In this document: positions 1-9,701 of the stretch, one piece after another
Layout: every line of letters starts with the position of its first letter
Position numbering within the stretch: position 1 is the stretch's first letter
Source: Euryarchaeota archaeon UBA181
Lineage (GTDB): Archaea; Thermoplasmatota; Poseidoniia; Poseidoniales; Thalassarchaeaceae
DNA length: 64,000 nt
Direction: 5' to 3'
NCBI GenBank assembly: GCA_002496725.1
Contig: DALI01000049.1
Span: 1,772-65,771 of the forward strand
Made by a program: the position numbers and the translations under genes
Notes under the pieces: generated by a model
Database searches by the model: none
What the model saw: only the letters and a program-made list of their open reading frames with translations
What the model was told of the DNA's origin: nothing

Positions 1-2807
1 ATGTCAGCTACGGAGCCTCGTACACAACAACCGGCTTGACTGGACTGACAGACGGCGACTACTTCGGAGTCACCAGCTTCGCGACAACTGTGGGCGCCTT
101 CACCGAAGGGACACAGGGCTACCAGATGTCCGATACGGATGGTATAACCACCTTTACCACCAGCAGCGTCTCCGATGTAGACAGCGTCTCAATGGACGTC
201 TTCTTCCAGAGCACAAGCTGGGAACTTTCCGACTACATCACGGTCAGCTTCGTAGGCACAACGACCACAGTACTTCTGGACACCAACGGATACGACATCA
301 ATCTAGACTTCCCTACATACGAGGGAGCTTGGACGACAGTGTCAGGAGCAGTCTCAGGAACTGGATACCTTTCAGTCGAGTTCTCCTCGAACGAGGCCAC
401 AGAGTCTGTTTTCTTGGACAACATCATGTTCATGTCTGATGGACTAGACCTGGATCTGGACGATGACGACGACGGCTACATGGACATCAATGACGATTGT
501 CCGTTCGATGCCGCAGAGCACGTTGACACTGATGGCGATGGATTCTGTAACGTACAGGACACAGACGACGACGGAGACGGAACATACGACTGGAACGATC
601 TGTACCCACTCGACCCAACGGAGACCGCGGACGCTGATGGCGATGGAATCGGCGATAACGCAGACACTGACGACGACAACGACGGTACCCCAGACGCATC
701 GGACGCATTCCCGAACGATCCTTCTGAGGACTCAGACGTCGATGGCGACCTAATAGGCGACAACGCAGATACCGACGATGATAACGACGGTGTTAGCGAC
801 CTTGAGGACGTGTGGCCACTAGATGGCACGCAGAGTACCGATACAGATGGAGACGGCATCGCCGACTTCCTCAACTCGATCACGCCAGGCGAGTCGTTTG
901 ACTTCGAGACAGGTTCCATACCGACCAATGTGACTACGGCGTGGGGATACTCGCAATGCACTGGGTACGGTAACACGACCCTGGGTACTGTGAGCTCATG
1001 CACGCCGACAACAGTCCACAACGACTGGTCTGTGACCAACAGCGACCCAATAGCCGGTAGCTACTCACTGATGTCTGGTCAACTATCCTCTGGGTACTAT
1101 GGGGATCTGACAGTCTCAGCAACGTTCTTCACCACAGGTGGAGACATAGTATGGGACTACAAGGTCAGCTCGGTAGAGAGGACCTACTCGACTCAGTTCC
1201 ACGAGGGCCTGAAGGTCTTCGTGAACGGCGTTCAGATAGACGCATCCCAATATGGTGGAAGCTTCAACGGAGAGTGGTCAGGTGAGCGCACAGGGTCCAT
1301 GTCATGGGCCGTACCAACCGGTACTAACACGATCGAGTTCACCTTCGACTTCGGAACCAGCGGTTCCGGCGGTTCAAGCACAGCCTGGATAGACAACCTA
1401 GTCCTCCCAAGCGTCATGACATCGTCGAACTACGACTTGGATGACGATGGCGATGGAGCAAACGACTCAATCGACCTAGACAGCCTTGACCCATGCATCG
1501 GACTGGACTCTGACGGCGATGGACTATCTGATAACCTCGGACTGATGCTCGATGGCTCTGCCTGCGATGCGTCTGCCTACACGATAGACGATGACGATGA
1601 CGACGATGGCTGGACTGATGCTGAAGAGACAGCGTGTGGCACAGACACCCTTGATGCTACATCCATGTCCCCTGACAACGATGCAGACGGAATATGCGAC
1701 GGAATGGACGATGATGACGACAACGATGGCGTCTCTGATGCCAATGACGCGTTCCCAATGGATGCAAGCGAGTTCTCTGACAACGATGGCGATGGAACAG
1801 GCGACAACAACGATACCGACGATGACAACGACGGCGTCACAGATGGCCTGGATGCGTTCCCACTGGATGCAAGCGAGACTTCTGACTACGATGGAGACGG
1901 CATTGGAGACAACGCCGACACTGACGACGATGGCGACGGATGCGACGACGCTAGTGACGCGTTCCCATACAACGCCAACGAGTGCATCGACACAGATGGC
2001 GACGGACTGGGCGACACGGTTGATCCAGACGACGACAACGATGGCGTGGCAGACGTGGCAGATCCATTCCCCTTGGATGCCAGTGAGTCATCCGACGATG
2101 ACGGCGATGGAATTGGTAACAACGCAGACACTGACGACGACGGCGATGGAGTCGACGACGTAGACGACGCGTTCCCGATGGACCCAAGCGAGACTTCTGA
2201 TCTCGATGGCGATGGCCAGGGCGACAACTCCGATGCGGATGACGATGGCGATGGTGTCAACGACGGTATCGACGCGTTCCCAACCGATGCTACCGAGAGC
2301 GCAGATCTCGATGGAGACGGCATTGGCGACAACTCAGACACTGACGACGACGGCGATGGAGTCTCAGACACTGACGACGCGTTCCCAAGCAACCCAGGAG
2401 AGTCTGCCGACTTTGACGGCGATGGCATCGGAGACAATGCTGACAATGACGATGACGGTGATGGATATGCTGACTCCAATGACTGGGCGCCAATGGATTC
2501 CACTGAGTGGCTCGACACAGATGGTGACGGAACAGGAAACAACGCTGACGACAATGACGATGGCGATGACTACACCGACGAGTACGAGATATCCTGCGGT
2601 ACTGATTCACTAGATTCAGATGAAGTCCCATCGGACTTCGATGATGATGGCATTTGTGACGCTCTTGACGAGATAGACGACAAAGCAGGCACCGGCGATG
2701 AGGAAACCGAGTTGGGATGGACCAACACAGTTCCCGGATTCCCCTCACTGCTTGCTGGAATCGCTCTGATCGGCGCCGCACTAGTCGGTCGCAGAAAGGA
2801 AGACTGA
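1..2807 (+). CDS. Cell-surface protein with thrombospondin type-3 (Ca-binding) repeats, beta-sandwich domains and a C-terminal PGF-CTERM sorting signal (5' partial)
   Basis: Frame is open from the window start (VSYGASYTTTGL...). Many DxDxDG and DAFP repeats. Ends VPGF + hydrophobic helix + RRKED. Confidence 0.88.
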   Translation, partial: VSYGASYTTTGLTGLTDGDYFGVTSFATTVGAFTEGTQGYQMSDTDGITTFTTSSVSDVDSVSMDVFFQSTSWELSDYITVSFVGTTTTVLLDTNGYDINLDFPTYEGAWTTVSGAVSGTGYLSVEFSSNEATESVFLDNIMFMSDGLDLDLDDDDDGYMDINDDCPFDAAEHVDTDGDGFCNVQDTDDDGDGTYDWNDLYPLDPTETADADGDGIGDNADTDDDNDGTPDASDAFPNDPSEDSDVDGDLIGDNADTDDDNDGVSDLEDVWPLDGTQSTDTDGDGIADFLNSITPGESFDFETGSIPTNVTTAWGYSQCTGYGNTTLGTVSSCTPTTVHNDWSVTNSDPIAGSYSLMSGQLSSGYYGDLTVSATFFTTGGDIVWDYKVSSVERTYSTQFHEGLKVFVNGVQIDASQYGGSFNGEWSGERTGSMSWAVPTGTNTIEFTFDFGTSGSGGSSTAWIDNLVLPSVMTSSNYDLDDDGDGANDSIDLDSLDPCIGLDSDGDGLSDNLGLMLDGSACDASAYTIDDDDDDDGWTDAEETACGTDTLDATSMSPDNDADGICDGMDDDDDNDGVSDANDAFPMDASEFSDNDGDGTGDNNDTDDDNDGVTDGLDAFPLDASETSDYDGDGIGDNADTDDDGDGCDDASDAFPYNANECIDTDGDGLGDTVDPDDDNDGVADVADPFPLDASESSDDDGDGIGNNADTDDDGDGVDDVDDAFPMDPSETSDLDGDGQGDNSDADDDGDGVNDGIDAFPTDATESADLDGDGIGDNSDTDDDGDGVSDTDDAFPSNPGESADFDGDGIGDNADNDDDGDGYADSNDWAPMDSTEWLDTDGDGTGNNADDNDDGDDYTDEYEISCGTDSLDSDEVPSDFDDDGICDALDEIDDKAGTGDEETELGWTNTVPGFPSLLAGIALIGAALVGRRKED
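1714..2560 (+). repeat. Degenerate 105-bp (35-aa) tandem coding repeats of TSP3 type
   Basis: gcgttcccaatggatgcaagcgag at 1749 recurs as gcgttcccactggatgcaagcgag at 1854. Unit is DDDNDGVSDANDAFPMDASEFSDNDGDGTGDNNDT. A shorter run lies at about 460-870. Confidence 0.85.
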
Positions 2808-2824
2808 GCAATCAGTCAACGAAA

Positions 2825-2855
2825 CCCGGCCCGGGGGAGTGTCCTCCGGGTCGGG
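2825..2855 (+). terminator. GC-rich stem-loop in the 3' UTR (terminator or mRNA-stabilising hairpin)
   Basis: cccggcccggggga-gtg-tcctccgggtcggg forms a 14-bp stem with 2 G-U pairs, 17 nt after the stop. No U-tract follows. Confidence 0.5.
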
Positions 2856-2937
2856 CCAAACACCCTTGGTGGAGCTGTAGCCGTAAGTATACACTGGCAA
2901 TGCTGATAAGTCGACTCAATCAGCGTGAGTTGATAGT

Positions 2938-3324
2938 ATGCCGGGAACTACGAGAGTTGAGATTAGGACATTGAAAGTTGGAAGGTACGTAGCCCTCGAG
3001 GAGAATGCCTACAAGATACTCGGAATGAGCAAGTCAAAGCCCGGAAAGCACGGTTCGGCAAAGGCTAGAATTGAGCTAGAAGATATTTTTACAGGGCAGA
3101 AGAGAAGTCATGTCGGTACTGTTACCGATACCATCCATGTTCCTCTGATAGAGAAGGGTTCTGCGATAGTTACGCATATTCAGGGCAGTGAGGTACATGC
3201 CATGGACAACAAGACATACGAGACACTCATCCTACCTCTGGATAACGAGCTAAACCTTGTTTCAGGAGGGGAAATACAGTGGATGGAAGCCATGGGCAGA
3301 TACAAGGTGACTCGTGACCATTGA
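2938..3324 (+). CDS. eif5a: Translation factor aIF5A
   Basis: Hypusine loop SKSKPGKHGSAK (K37) and LEDIFTGQK; 128 aa. Confidence 0.96.
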   Translation: MPGTTRVEIRTLKVGRYVALEENAYKILGMSKSKPGKHGSAKARIELEDIFTGQKRSHVGTVTDTIHVPLIEKGSAIVTHIQGSEVHAMDNKTYETLILPLDNELNLVSGGEIQWMEAMGRYKVTRDH

Positions 3325-3404
3325 TCCATAAACTCGTTCCTTAACCCCTCCATTGGCGTGAATGTATAAGCGACGTCCCCCTCAGTCAGGTAGAAGGCGA
3401 TTGT

Positions 3405-5762
3405 ATGGGTGATGTCGAGAAATCAGCCTACAGGCAACCAGTAACGGCTTCTGGTCTTGAGGCGATCGAGAAGGGGACTCTGACCTGGCTCGATGAGGAC
3501 ATGTATAACAACCTCAACACAGGGGTGCTAGAGCAGTACTTGGAAGAAAAGAATATCAATGAGTCCTTCGAGATTAGCCATTGGAACACCAGGAAGGTAC
3601 TCATTGGGGTACTTATCGGGGCCCTCTTCAGCGGAGTCACTGCGTATATCGGACTCAAGATAGGGATGGCGGTCTCAGCTGCTTGGTATGTGGCATATCT
3701 CCTAGGGATGGCGCTGAAGTGGTCCCCTTCTGAGGTAAACATAGCCACCAGCGCCACTACTGGGGCTACACATGCCTCAACGGGCTTCATTTTCACATTC
3801 CCCGCAATTTTCCTCTTGGCCTACTCTGATTCTTACAAGGTTGGGGACGGTTTCCTAATTTCTTCCGTCGATACCCTGCAGTTGGCATTCATCGGTATAA
3901 TAGCCTCCATGTTCGCCGGATTCCTAGGGGTGATGTACTTCATAATATTCAGGAGAGTATGGTTAGTAGAGGACCCTCTGCCGATGCCAGGTTTCGAGGC
4001 TACACTGAAGATGCTAGACATAGCCTCAGACGTCAGTACCGGTGCCGCGGACGCAGCCAGGGACTCACTAAGGACAGTCGGCGTCTGGACAGTCATGACA
4101 ATGGCGTTCATGTTCGTAATTGACTACCCTATTCGTTGGGGGAGGAAGCTAGCAGGCGCCCCTAGTAGCATAGCAGATTGGTTCGCTATGACTCTGTCTG
4201 GCCAGGACTGGGGCCTTGCTTCCGTGTATACTCAAAGATGGATACACCAACCAAGCAAGCTAGACAACGGATTCGCACCATACAACGGAATTACCCCCTA
4301 TGCCAGCTCGAACCCATTCTCATACACGTTCCTGGGCATCGAGCTAAGCCCAACCCTTCTAGCAATAGGTTGGTTCATGAAGTTCAGAGTGGCATTCCTT
4401 GTCAACCTAGGCTCTATAGTGGCATGGTTTTTCCTAGTTCCGCTAGTGGTTATCCAAGACGTCCCAGTATACGACCCATCCCTGGGGTCATACGTCAATA
4501 TCACAGAATATGCAGACTCATCTTCCAGTATCTATTATCCAACAATCCAGTGGAAGGCATTCTCTTCCGTTGTCAGGACAATCGCCATTGGGGCAATCCT
4601 GGGGGGCGGAATATTCGGGCTAGTGAAGATGGCACCTACATTCATCTCGATCTTCGGGGACATATCATCCGCCTTCACCGGCGAGAGAGGAGATGAATTT
4701 ATCGAGAATAAGGGATGGTATGAGTGGCCATTGACGCACATCCCAGTATTCATGGTAATTTCATTTTTCGCCATGATTCTGACTTTCCTCATTGGCGGAT
4801 TCCCCCTGCTCCCCTCTGCAATTTTCGCTATAGTGCTCATTTTCACAACTTTCCTATTGGGGGCAATTGCCGTCAGAGTCATGGGGGAGACTGGCATAGA
4901 GCCAGTATCAGGGACGTCATTCATCGTTCTGCTAATGCTCCTTCTGATTTTCCTGAATCTTGATGTCGGCTTGGACAAAGAGGAATCAGTCCTCATTGCA
5001 CTTGTCGGTACGACTGTTTTCGGTTCTGCAATAAGCATGAGCGGAACAGTGGTCGGGGATTACAAGAACAGTCTATACATTGGAAATCGTCCATATCATA
5101 TCTCCAAGGGCAACATAATGGGAGTGGTCCCAGGTGCAATCCTGGGTGCTGCAGTAGCGATCTTCCTCTCTAAGCTCCTCGCAGACGGGACCATAGATCT
5201 TCTAGCTCCCCAAGCAAATGCATTCGCATACTTCACCACAATCCTGGCAGAAGGGCAGGGGGACTGGGGGGCATTGGCTCTTGGCTTCGCACTGGGGGCG
5301 TTCGTAGAGTGGGCGACAGGGATGGGAACGTCCTTCGGCCTGGGGATGTACCTTCCCACGCCAGCTACATTCCCGATGCTTCTGGGAGGGGCCGCCAGGG
5401 ACTGGTGGGAGAAGAGGAGGCTACAACCCAAGGTAGACTCACTAAGGATAGAGAAGGGCGCCCAAGAGGCAGAGAGAGGAAGGGCACTTATGCTCCTATA
5501 CACGTTCATGATAGCCGCAGGCGCCCTCACTGGAGAGGCATTCTACGGTGTCGAAGCGGCCATACTAGCTGTCCTGGATGATCAGATCGGCACCGGCCTA
5601 TCCAACTGGCCTGCAATCAGACTAGCTGGCTTCATAATCCTCAATGCCGTCTTGGGGGCGTTGATCTACGTGCTCTTCAGCAAGGCTGGCATCATCGGCC
5701 CTAGCAAGGGTCCCGATAAGCCACAAGACTCGGAAGAATATTTGGAAGCAGAGTTAGCGTGA
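3405..5762 (+). CDS. OPT-family oligopeptide transporter
   Basis: Polytopic membrane protein with YIGLKIG, GFIFTFPA, GETGIEPVSG, APQA and FGLGMYLP motifs. Confidence 0.85.
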   Translation: MGDVEKSAYRQPVTASGLEAIEKGTLTWLDEDMYNNLNTGVLEQYLEEKNINESFEISHWNTRKVLIGVLIGALFSGVTAYIGLKIGMAVSAAWYVAYLLGMALKWSPSEVNIATSATTGATHASTGFIFTFPAIFLLAYSDSYKVGDGFLISSVDTLQLAFIGIIASMFAGFLGVMYFIIFRRVWLVEDPLPMPGFEATLKMLDIASDVSTGAADAARDSLRTVGVWTVMTMAFMFVIDYPIRWGRKLAGAPSSIADWFAMTLSGQDWGLASVYTQRWIHQPSKLDNGFAPYNGITPYASSNPFSYTFLGIELSPTLLAIGWFMKFRVAFLVNLGSIVAWFFLVPLVVIQDVPVYDPSLGSYVNITEYADSSSSIYYPTIQWKAFSSVVRTIAIGAILGGGIFGLVKMAPTFISIFGDISSAFTGERGDEFIENKGWYEWPLTHIPVFMVISFFAMILTFLIGGFPLLPSAIFAIVLIFTTFLLGAIAVRVMGETGIEPVSGTSFIVLLMLLLIFLNLDVGLDKEESVLIALVGTTVFGSAISMSGTVVGDYKNSLYIGNRPYHISKGNIMGVVPGAILGAAVAIFLSKLLADGTIDLLAPQANAFAYFTTILAEGQGDWGALALGFALGAFVEWATGMGTSFGLGMYLPTPATFPMLLGGAARDWWEKRRLQPKVDSLRIEKGAQEAERGRALMLLYTFMIAAGALTGEAFYGVEAAILAVLDDQIGTGLSNWPAIRLAGFIILNAVLGALIYVLFSKAGIIGPSKGPDKPQDSEEYLEAELA

Positions 5763-5766
5763 TGAT

Positions 5767-6720
5767 ATGCTCCTCGACAGAGTCCCCAGAGCAGGGCCTT
5801 ACGCCCTCCTTGCTATCGCACTGGTGGCTGTATCAAGCGCTGGCGCCGTACTACAACAGATGGAGGGCGTGCCCCCTCTTCTGAAAGCATCATGGAGGAT
5901 GTATGGTACCTCAATCGTGCTCCTTCCGGGATTTTTTTACCAGTGGTACCATGTGAGTGATGGCCTTCCCCCTAGAAAGGACTGGTTCCTCATCTGCCTA
6001 TCCTCACTGTTCCTCGCGCTCCACTTCGGTAGTTGGATCTGGTCACTCGATAATACCAGTCTCGTGCATAGTCTACTTTTCGTAACCAGTCACCCATTGG
6101 TAGTGGTCGCACTAATGCCAATAATAGGTGCATCTGTCAGAAGAGGGCATTTCTACGGCGCCTTGATAGGGTTCATTGGCGCCTCAATAGCTCTGATGGA
6201 AATCGGTGGAAACAGTGAGGTCACATTAATCGGCGATGCGGCCGCATTCGTAGGTGCAGTCACAGTAGTCGGGTATCTGATGATAGGCAGGCACCTAAGG
6301 GCCACTAGGGAGACTCCAGTATTCATTTATGCATTTCCTGTCACCTTAATGGCAGGCCTATTGTTGACTATCGGTTCCGTTTCATTAGAGGGAACAGGAC
6401 TATCCTCGACAACTCCTGAACTCAGTGCATTCGGTTGGCTAGATGCAGTTTGGCTCCCTTGGATAGCATATCTATCGATAGGCCCTGGGCTCTGTGGGCA
6501 TACGGTCATCAACACAATACTCCGGTGGGTCTCACCGATCGTCGTATCGGTCGCACTACTGTTCGAACCAGTTATCGGCGGAACTATCGGTTGGATAATT
6601 ACGGGAGAGGCGTATCTGGGCCCATGGACATTAGTTGGTGGGCCACTGATGCTCCTAGGTGCGATTCTGGTTACTCTTGAGGAGAGTAAGAATGACTCAT
6701 CCGCAGACACTCATTCATGA
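5767..6720 (+). CDS. DMT/EamA-family transporter
   Basis: About 10 TM helices; LALHFGSWIWSLDNTS, GHT..N and LFEPV motifs. Confidence 0.88.
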   Translation: MLLDRVPRAGPYALLAIALVAVSSAGAVLQQMEGVPPLLKASWRMYGTSIVLLPGFFYQWYHVSDGLPPRKDWFLICLSSLFLALHFGSWIWSLDNTSLVHSLLFVTSHPLVVVALMPIIGASVRRGHFYGALIGFIGASIALMEIGGNSEVTLIGDAAAFVGAVTVVGYLMIGRHLRATRETPVFIYAFPVTLMAGLLLTIGSVSLEGTGLSSTTPELSAFGWLDAVWLPWIAYLSIGPGLCGHTVINTILRWVSPIVVSVALLFEPVIGGTIGWIITGEAYLGPWTLVGGPLMLLGAILVTLEESKNDSSADTHS

Positions 6721-6742
6721 ACCCCTTGCATGTCGGACATAC

Positions 6743-7669
6743 GTGGAGAAAACACATCTACTGGTCACAAATGACGATGGCATAGAGGCCGACGGGCTGA
6801 TAGCCCTGGTAACTAGGCTCCATAGTGAAGGGCACCCGCTCGTAGTTTTAGCACCTGAGAAAGAACAGTCGGCTACAGGGATGAAACTGACACTTGCCAG
6901 TGGGATGAAGTTCACAGAGAGAACAGATATATCCGACTCGATCATTACCCAGGGGGGACCCCCTCTCAGAATGTTCTCACTCGATGGAAGCCCGTGTGAC
7001 TGCGTCATCGTAGCCTTAGAAGGGGGACTGAAGGCATGGGCCCCAGAAATAGAACCAATGATGTGCATCTCGGGTATTAATCACGGTCCGAACCTATCAG
7101 TCGACGTTCTACATTCGGGTACTGTCTCAGCCGCGAGGGAGGCTTCTCTGTATGGCATGCCCGCTATAGCAACAAGCCTCGCTACCTATGAGCACAGGAA
7201 CTTTGAAGACACCTTAACAGTGGTTACGGCGCTGATCGAAAGGTGCGTTTCTTCACTCCCCTCTTCACTCCCCAATCTACTGAGACCCGAGGGTACGGGA
7301 AATTACCCCCATGGAGATGATGAGAGATCAGTATTACGGTCAGCATTCCACCATGGAGATATTTTCCTAAATGTCAATACTCCTGTAAAGTGGTCTGGTG
7401 GAATCTCCACCGTGTCGCTTGGTGCTAGGTGGTACCGAAGTGCATCAGATATGGAGGAGGCCCCTCTCAATGGCATAGAATTCGAGGTTGGAGCTGCAAC
7501 AATTATCGAAGAGGACATCCCACTTACGGACTGTAACGCCATAAACGATGGACTCGCATCAATCACGCCCCTTGGGAGCTGGCCAGCCAATCATCCTCTG
7601 GGAATAAGCGGAAAGATGCTCAAGTCTGCAACATCGGAGGACTCCGATGGATTCCCCTACTGGATCTGA
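6743..7669 (+). CDS. surE: 5'/3'-nucleotidase SurE
   Basis: LVTNDDG, GSPCDCV, SGINHGPN and SGTVSAAREA motifs. GTG start at 6743 preferred; ATG 6692 is an alternative. Confidence 0.92.
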   Translation: MEKTHLLVTNDDGIEADGLIALVTRLHSEGHPLVVLAPEKEQSATGMKLTLASGMKFTERTDISDSIITQGGPPLRMFSLDGSPCDCVIVALEGGLKAWAPEIEPMMCISGINHGPNLSVDVLHSGTVSAAREASLYGMPAIATSLATYEHRNFEDTLTVVTALIERCVSSLPSSLPNLLRPEGTGNYPHGDDERSVLRSAFHHGDIFLNVNTPVKWSGGISTVSLGARWYRSASDMEEAPLNGIEFEVGAATIIEEDIPLTDCNAINDGLASITPLGSWPANHPLGISGKMLKSATSEDSDGFPYWI

Positions 7670-8250
7670 GAATCCATAATGTGATGCACAATCGAAATAC
7701 ACGAGTGCCCCTGTAGCCAAGTATCTCCCAAAGACAGGCTAGAAACTGTCTCAGGATCAAACACAACCTCCTTCTCAAGAGGTAAATCATCTGATATGAC
7801 GAACCCGCATTTCCCACTTAGTGGGGTCTCTGAGATATCATCACCTGTCACGTCGAGGATGTAGCATGTGACGCCATCATCCTGCCACTCGCTCAATGTC
7901 TGCCGTATGCCTCCCCCGGATTGCCTTATGCCCTTGGAAACATCAGAGAAGTGCCCTATGGGGGGAACAGGGGTCTTCATCAATGATTTGAAATGTCCTG
8001 CTATGGACCTTTCGTCAGGTCTCACGCCCCTCAGTTCAGAGCCATCAAAAAATACTCTTCGAGGTATCCCCTCGCCCATCAAGTGGGCCACTATCTGAGT
8101 ATTCTTCCTGATGCCATGTGAAATGAATAATGCTGAATTTATGGCTCTTACAATCACATCCATCCTCCCGCCGGTCCCCGGTAGATCGTTCAGGTTTAGC
8201 TTTCCCCCACTGGGGGTTCTGTGCCCGACTATAGCAAATCTACGTTCCAG
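7657..8250 (-). CDS. trmY: tRNA (pseudouridine54-N1)-methyltransferase
   Basis: LFISHGIRK, VRPDERS and SLG..WL motifs. The conserved N-terminus RRFAIVGHR..LNDLPG.GGR lies in frame upstream of ATG 8163; CTG at 8250 is the likely start. Confidence 0.88.
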   Translation of the reverse strand: MERRFAIVGHRTPSGGKLNLNDLPGTGGRMDVIVRAINSALFISHGIRKNTQIVAHLMGEGIPRRVFFDGSELRGVRPDERSIAGHFKSLMKTPVPPIGHFSDVSKGIRQSGGGIRQTLSEWQDDGVTCYILDVTGDDISETPLSGKCGFVISDDLPLEKEVVFDPETVSSLSLGDTWLQGHSCISIVHHIMDSQIQ

Positions 8251-8254
8251 GGCA

Positions 8255-9613
8255 TCACCCCATGCCTAGCTCAGAATCATCGAAATCCATCATCGATTGC
8301 ATCTGCCTTCGGAATCGCCTATCGCCCTTCATGCCACGCATCATCTTCTTACTTCTGTTCCATTGGGCAAGTAATTCCTTCACTTCTTTCTCTGTGACCC
8401 CGGAGCCTCTGGCTATTCTTCTAATCCGACTCGACTTGAGTAATACCGGCTCATCCTTCTCATTTTGGGTCATTGAATCCATGATTATTCTAAACTTCTC
8501 CAAGTTACTCTGCATCTGCTTTTTCTGACCTCTGCTGAGATTCCCCATTCCTCCAAACATACTATCGGGTAAGTGTGAGAGCAGTTTGTCCATCGTTCCT
8601 ATTTTACTCATCATTTCCATCTGGGAGTACATATCGGTCAAAGTAAACCTCCCTGACATCATTCTTTGTGTGATCCGCATTGCTTCATCTTGATCCAAAT
8701 CTTCCGGCGTTAGGTCAATTAGTCCCTTTATGTCTCCCATTCCGAGTAATCTGGATATGAAACGATCAGATTCAAACTTCTCCAAGTCTTGGATTCTTTC
8801 TCCCTCGCCTACGAAAACGATAGGTGCGCCCGTGGTCGATACAGCGCTTAGTGCCCCTCCTCCTCTCGCAGTTCCATCTAGCTTAGTGACAATAGTTCCA
8901 GTTACTCCGACAAGATCATGAAAAGTCTCGGCAACCGGTCCAGCCGCCTGTCCAACCTGAGCGTCTATGACTAGGAATCTCTCGGTCGCATTAGCAATCT
9001 CAGCTATGGATACAAGCTCCTGCCTCAATGAGTCATCAAGGCTGTCCCTCCCAGCTGTATCTATTATCACAACGTCAGAATTACTGAATTTTTTCAATCC
9101 ATTCTTTACGATTTTAGATGCATCATCCTCTCCTGGTTCGCCATGAACTTCTACGCCCGTCCCCTCGAGCAACTGACAAAGCTGCTCATATGCCCCTGGA
9201 CGGTGCGTATCAGCTTCTATGACAGAGACTCTGACTCCATGTCTCCTCCTCCACCAATCTGCCACCTTGGCAGTCGTAGTGGTCTTACCCTGTCCATACA
9301 AGCCCACCATCAATATTGTTTCATTGTGCGGTCTAATGTCCCTAGGTGGCCCCAAGAGTCTAACTAGCTCCGTGTAAATGATGTTCATTGCATGAGTTTC
9401 TAGTTTAGTCCCAGGACGTGGCTCTTCCTCAACCATCCTTCTCTCGACCTTCTCAGTAAGTTCCTTTGTCTGCCGCACATTAAAATCAGCTTCCAGAAGT
9501 GCCCGCCTCAGAGACTTGCTGAGCTCCTTGACAGTCTCATCATCTACCTCCCTCTTTCCTTTAAGCAAGCCCGCAGAACCGAGAATTCTCATCTTCAACG
9601 TGTCGAGCGCCAT
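8255..9613 (-). CDS. srp54: Signal recognition particle protein SRP54
   Basis: [25 protein letters not shown] and an M-domain with [11 protein letters not shown]. Start is ATG 9613. Confidence 0.96.
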   Translation of the reverse strand: MALDTLKMRILGSAGLLKGKREVDDETVKELSKSLRRALLEADFNVRQTKELTEKVERRMVEEEPRPGTKLETHAMNIIYTELVRLLGPPRDIRPHNETILMVGLYGQGKTTTTAKVADWWRRRHGVRVSVIEADTHRPGAYEQLCQLLEGTGVEVHGEPGEDDASKIVKNGLKKFSNSDVVIIDTAGRDSLDDSLRQELVSIAEIANATERFLVIDAQVGQAAGPVAETFHDLVGVTGTIVTKLDGTARGGGALSAVSTTGAPIVFVGEGERIQDLEKFESDRFISRLLGMGDIKGLIDLTPEDLDQDEAMRITQRMMSGRFTLTDMYSQMEMMSKIGTMDKLLSHLPDSMFGGMGNLSRGQKKQMQSNLEKFRIIMDSMTQNEKDEPVLLKSSRIRRIARGSGVTEKEVKELLAQWNRSKKMMRGMKGDRRFRRQMQSMMDFDDSELGMG

Positions 9614-9701
9614 GACCACGGGTCCCGATAGGGTGGTTTGAACATTATCCGAGGCAGATGCACTCAAATGCCCGGTGCCATGGCATGCCATGGCTACAGG
9701 C

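Noticed and set aside
1714-2560. Periodic repeats as a possible CRISPR array
   Set aside because: They are degenerate in-frame 105-bp coding repeats with no unique spacers and no cas genes.
463-2811. Long alternative-frame and antisense ORFs (Ser-, Thr- or Arg-rich) within the first gene
   Set aside because: They are shadows of the GAC/GAT-rich repeat coding sequence.
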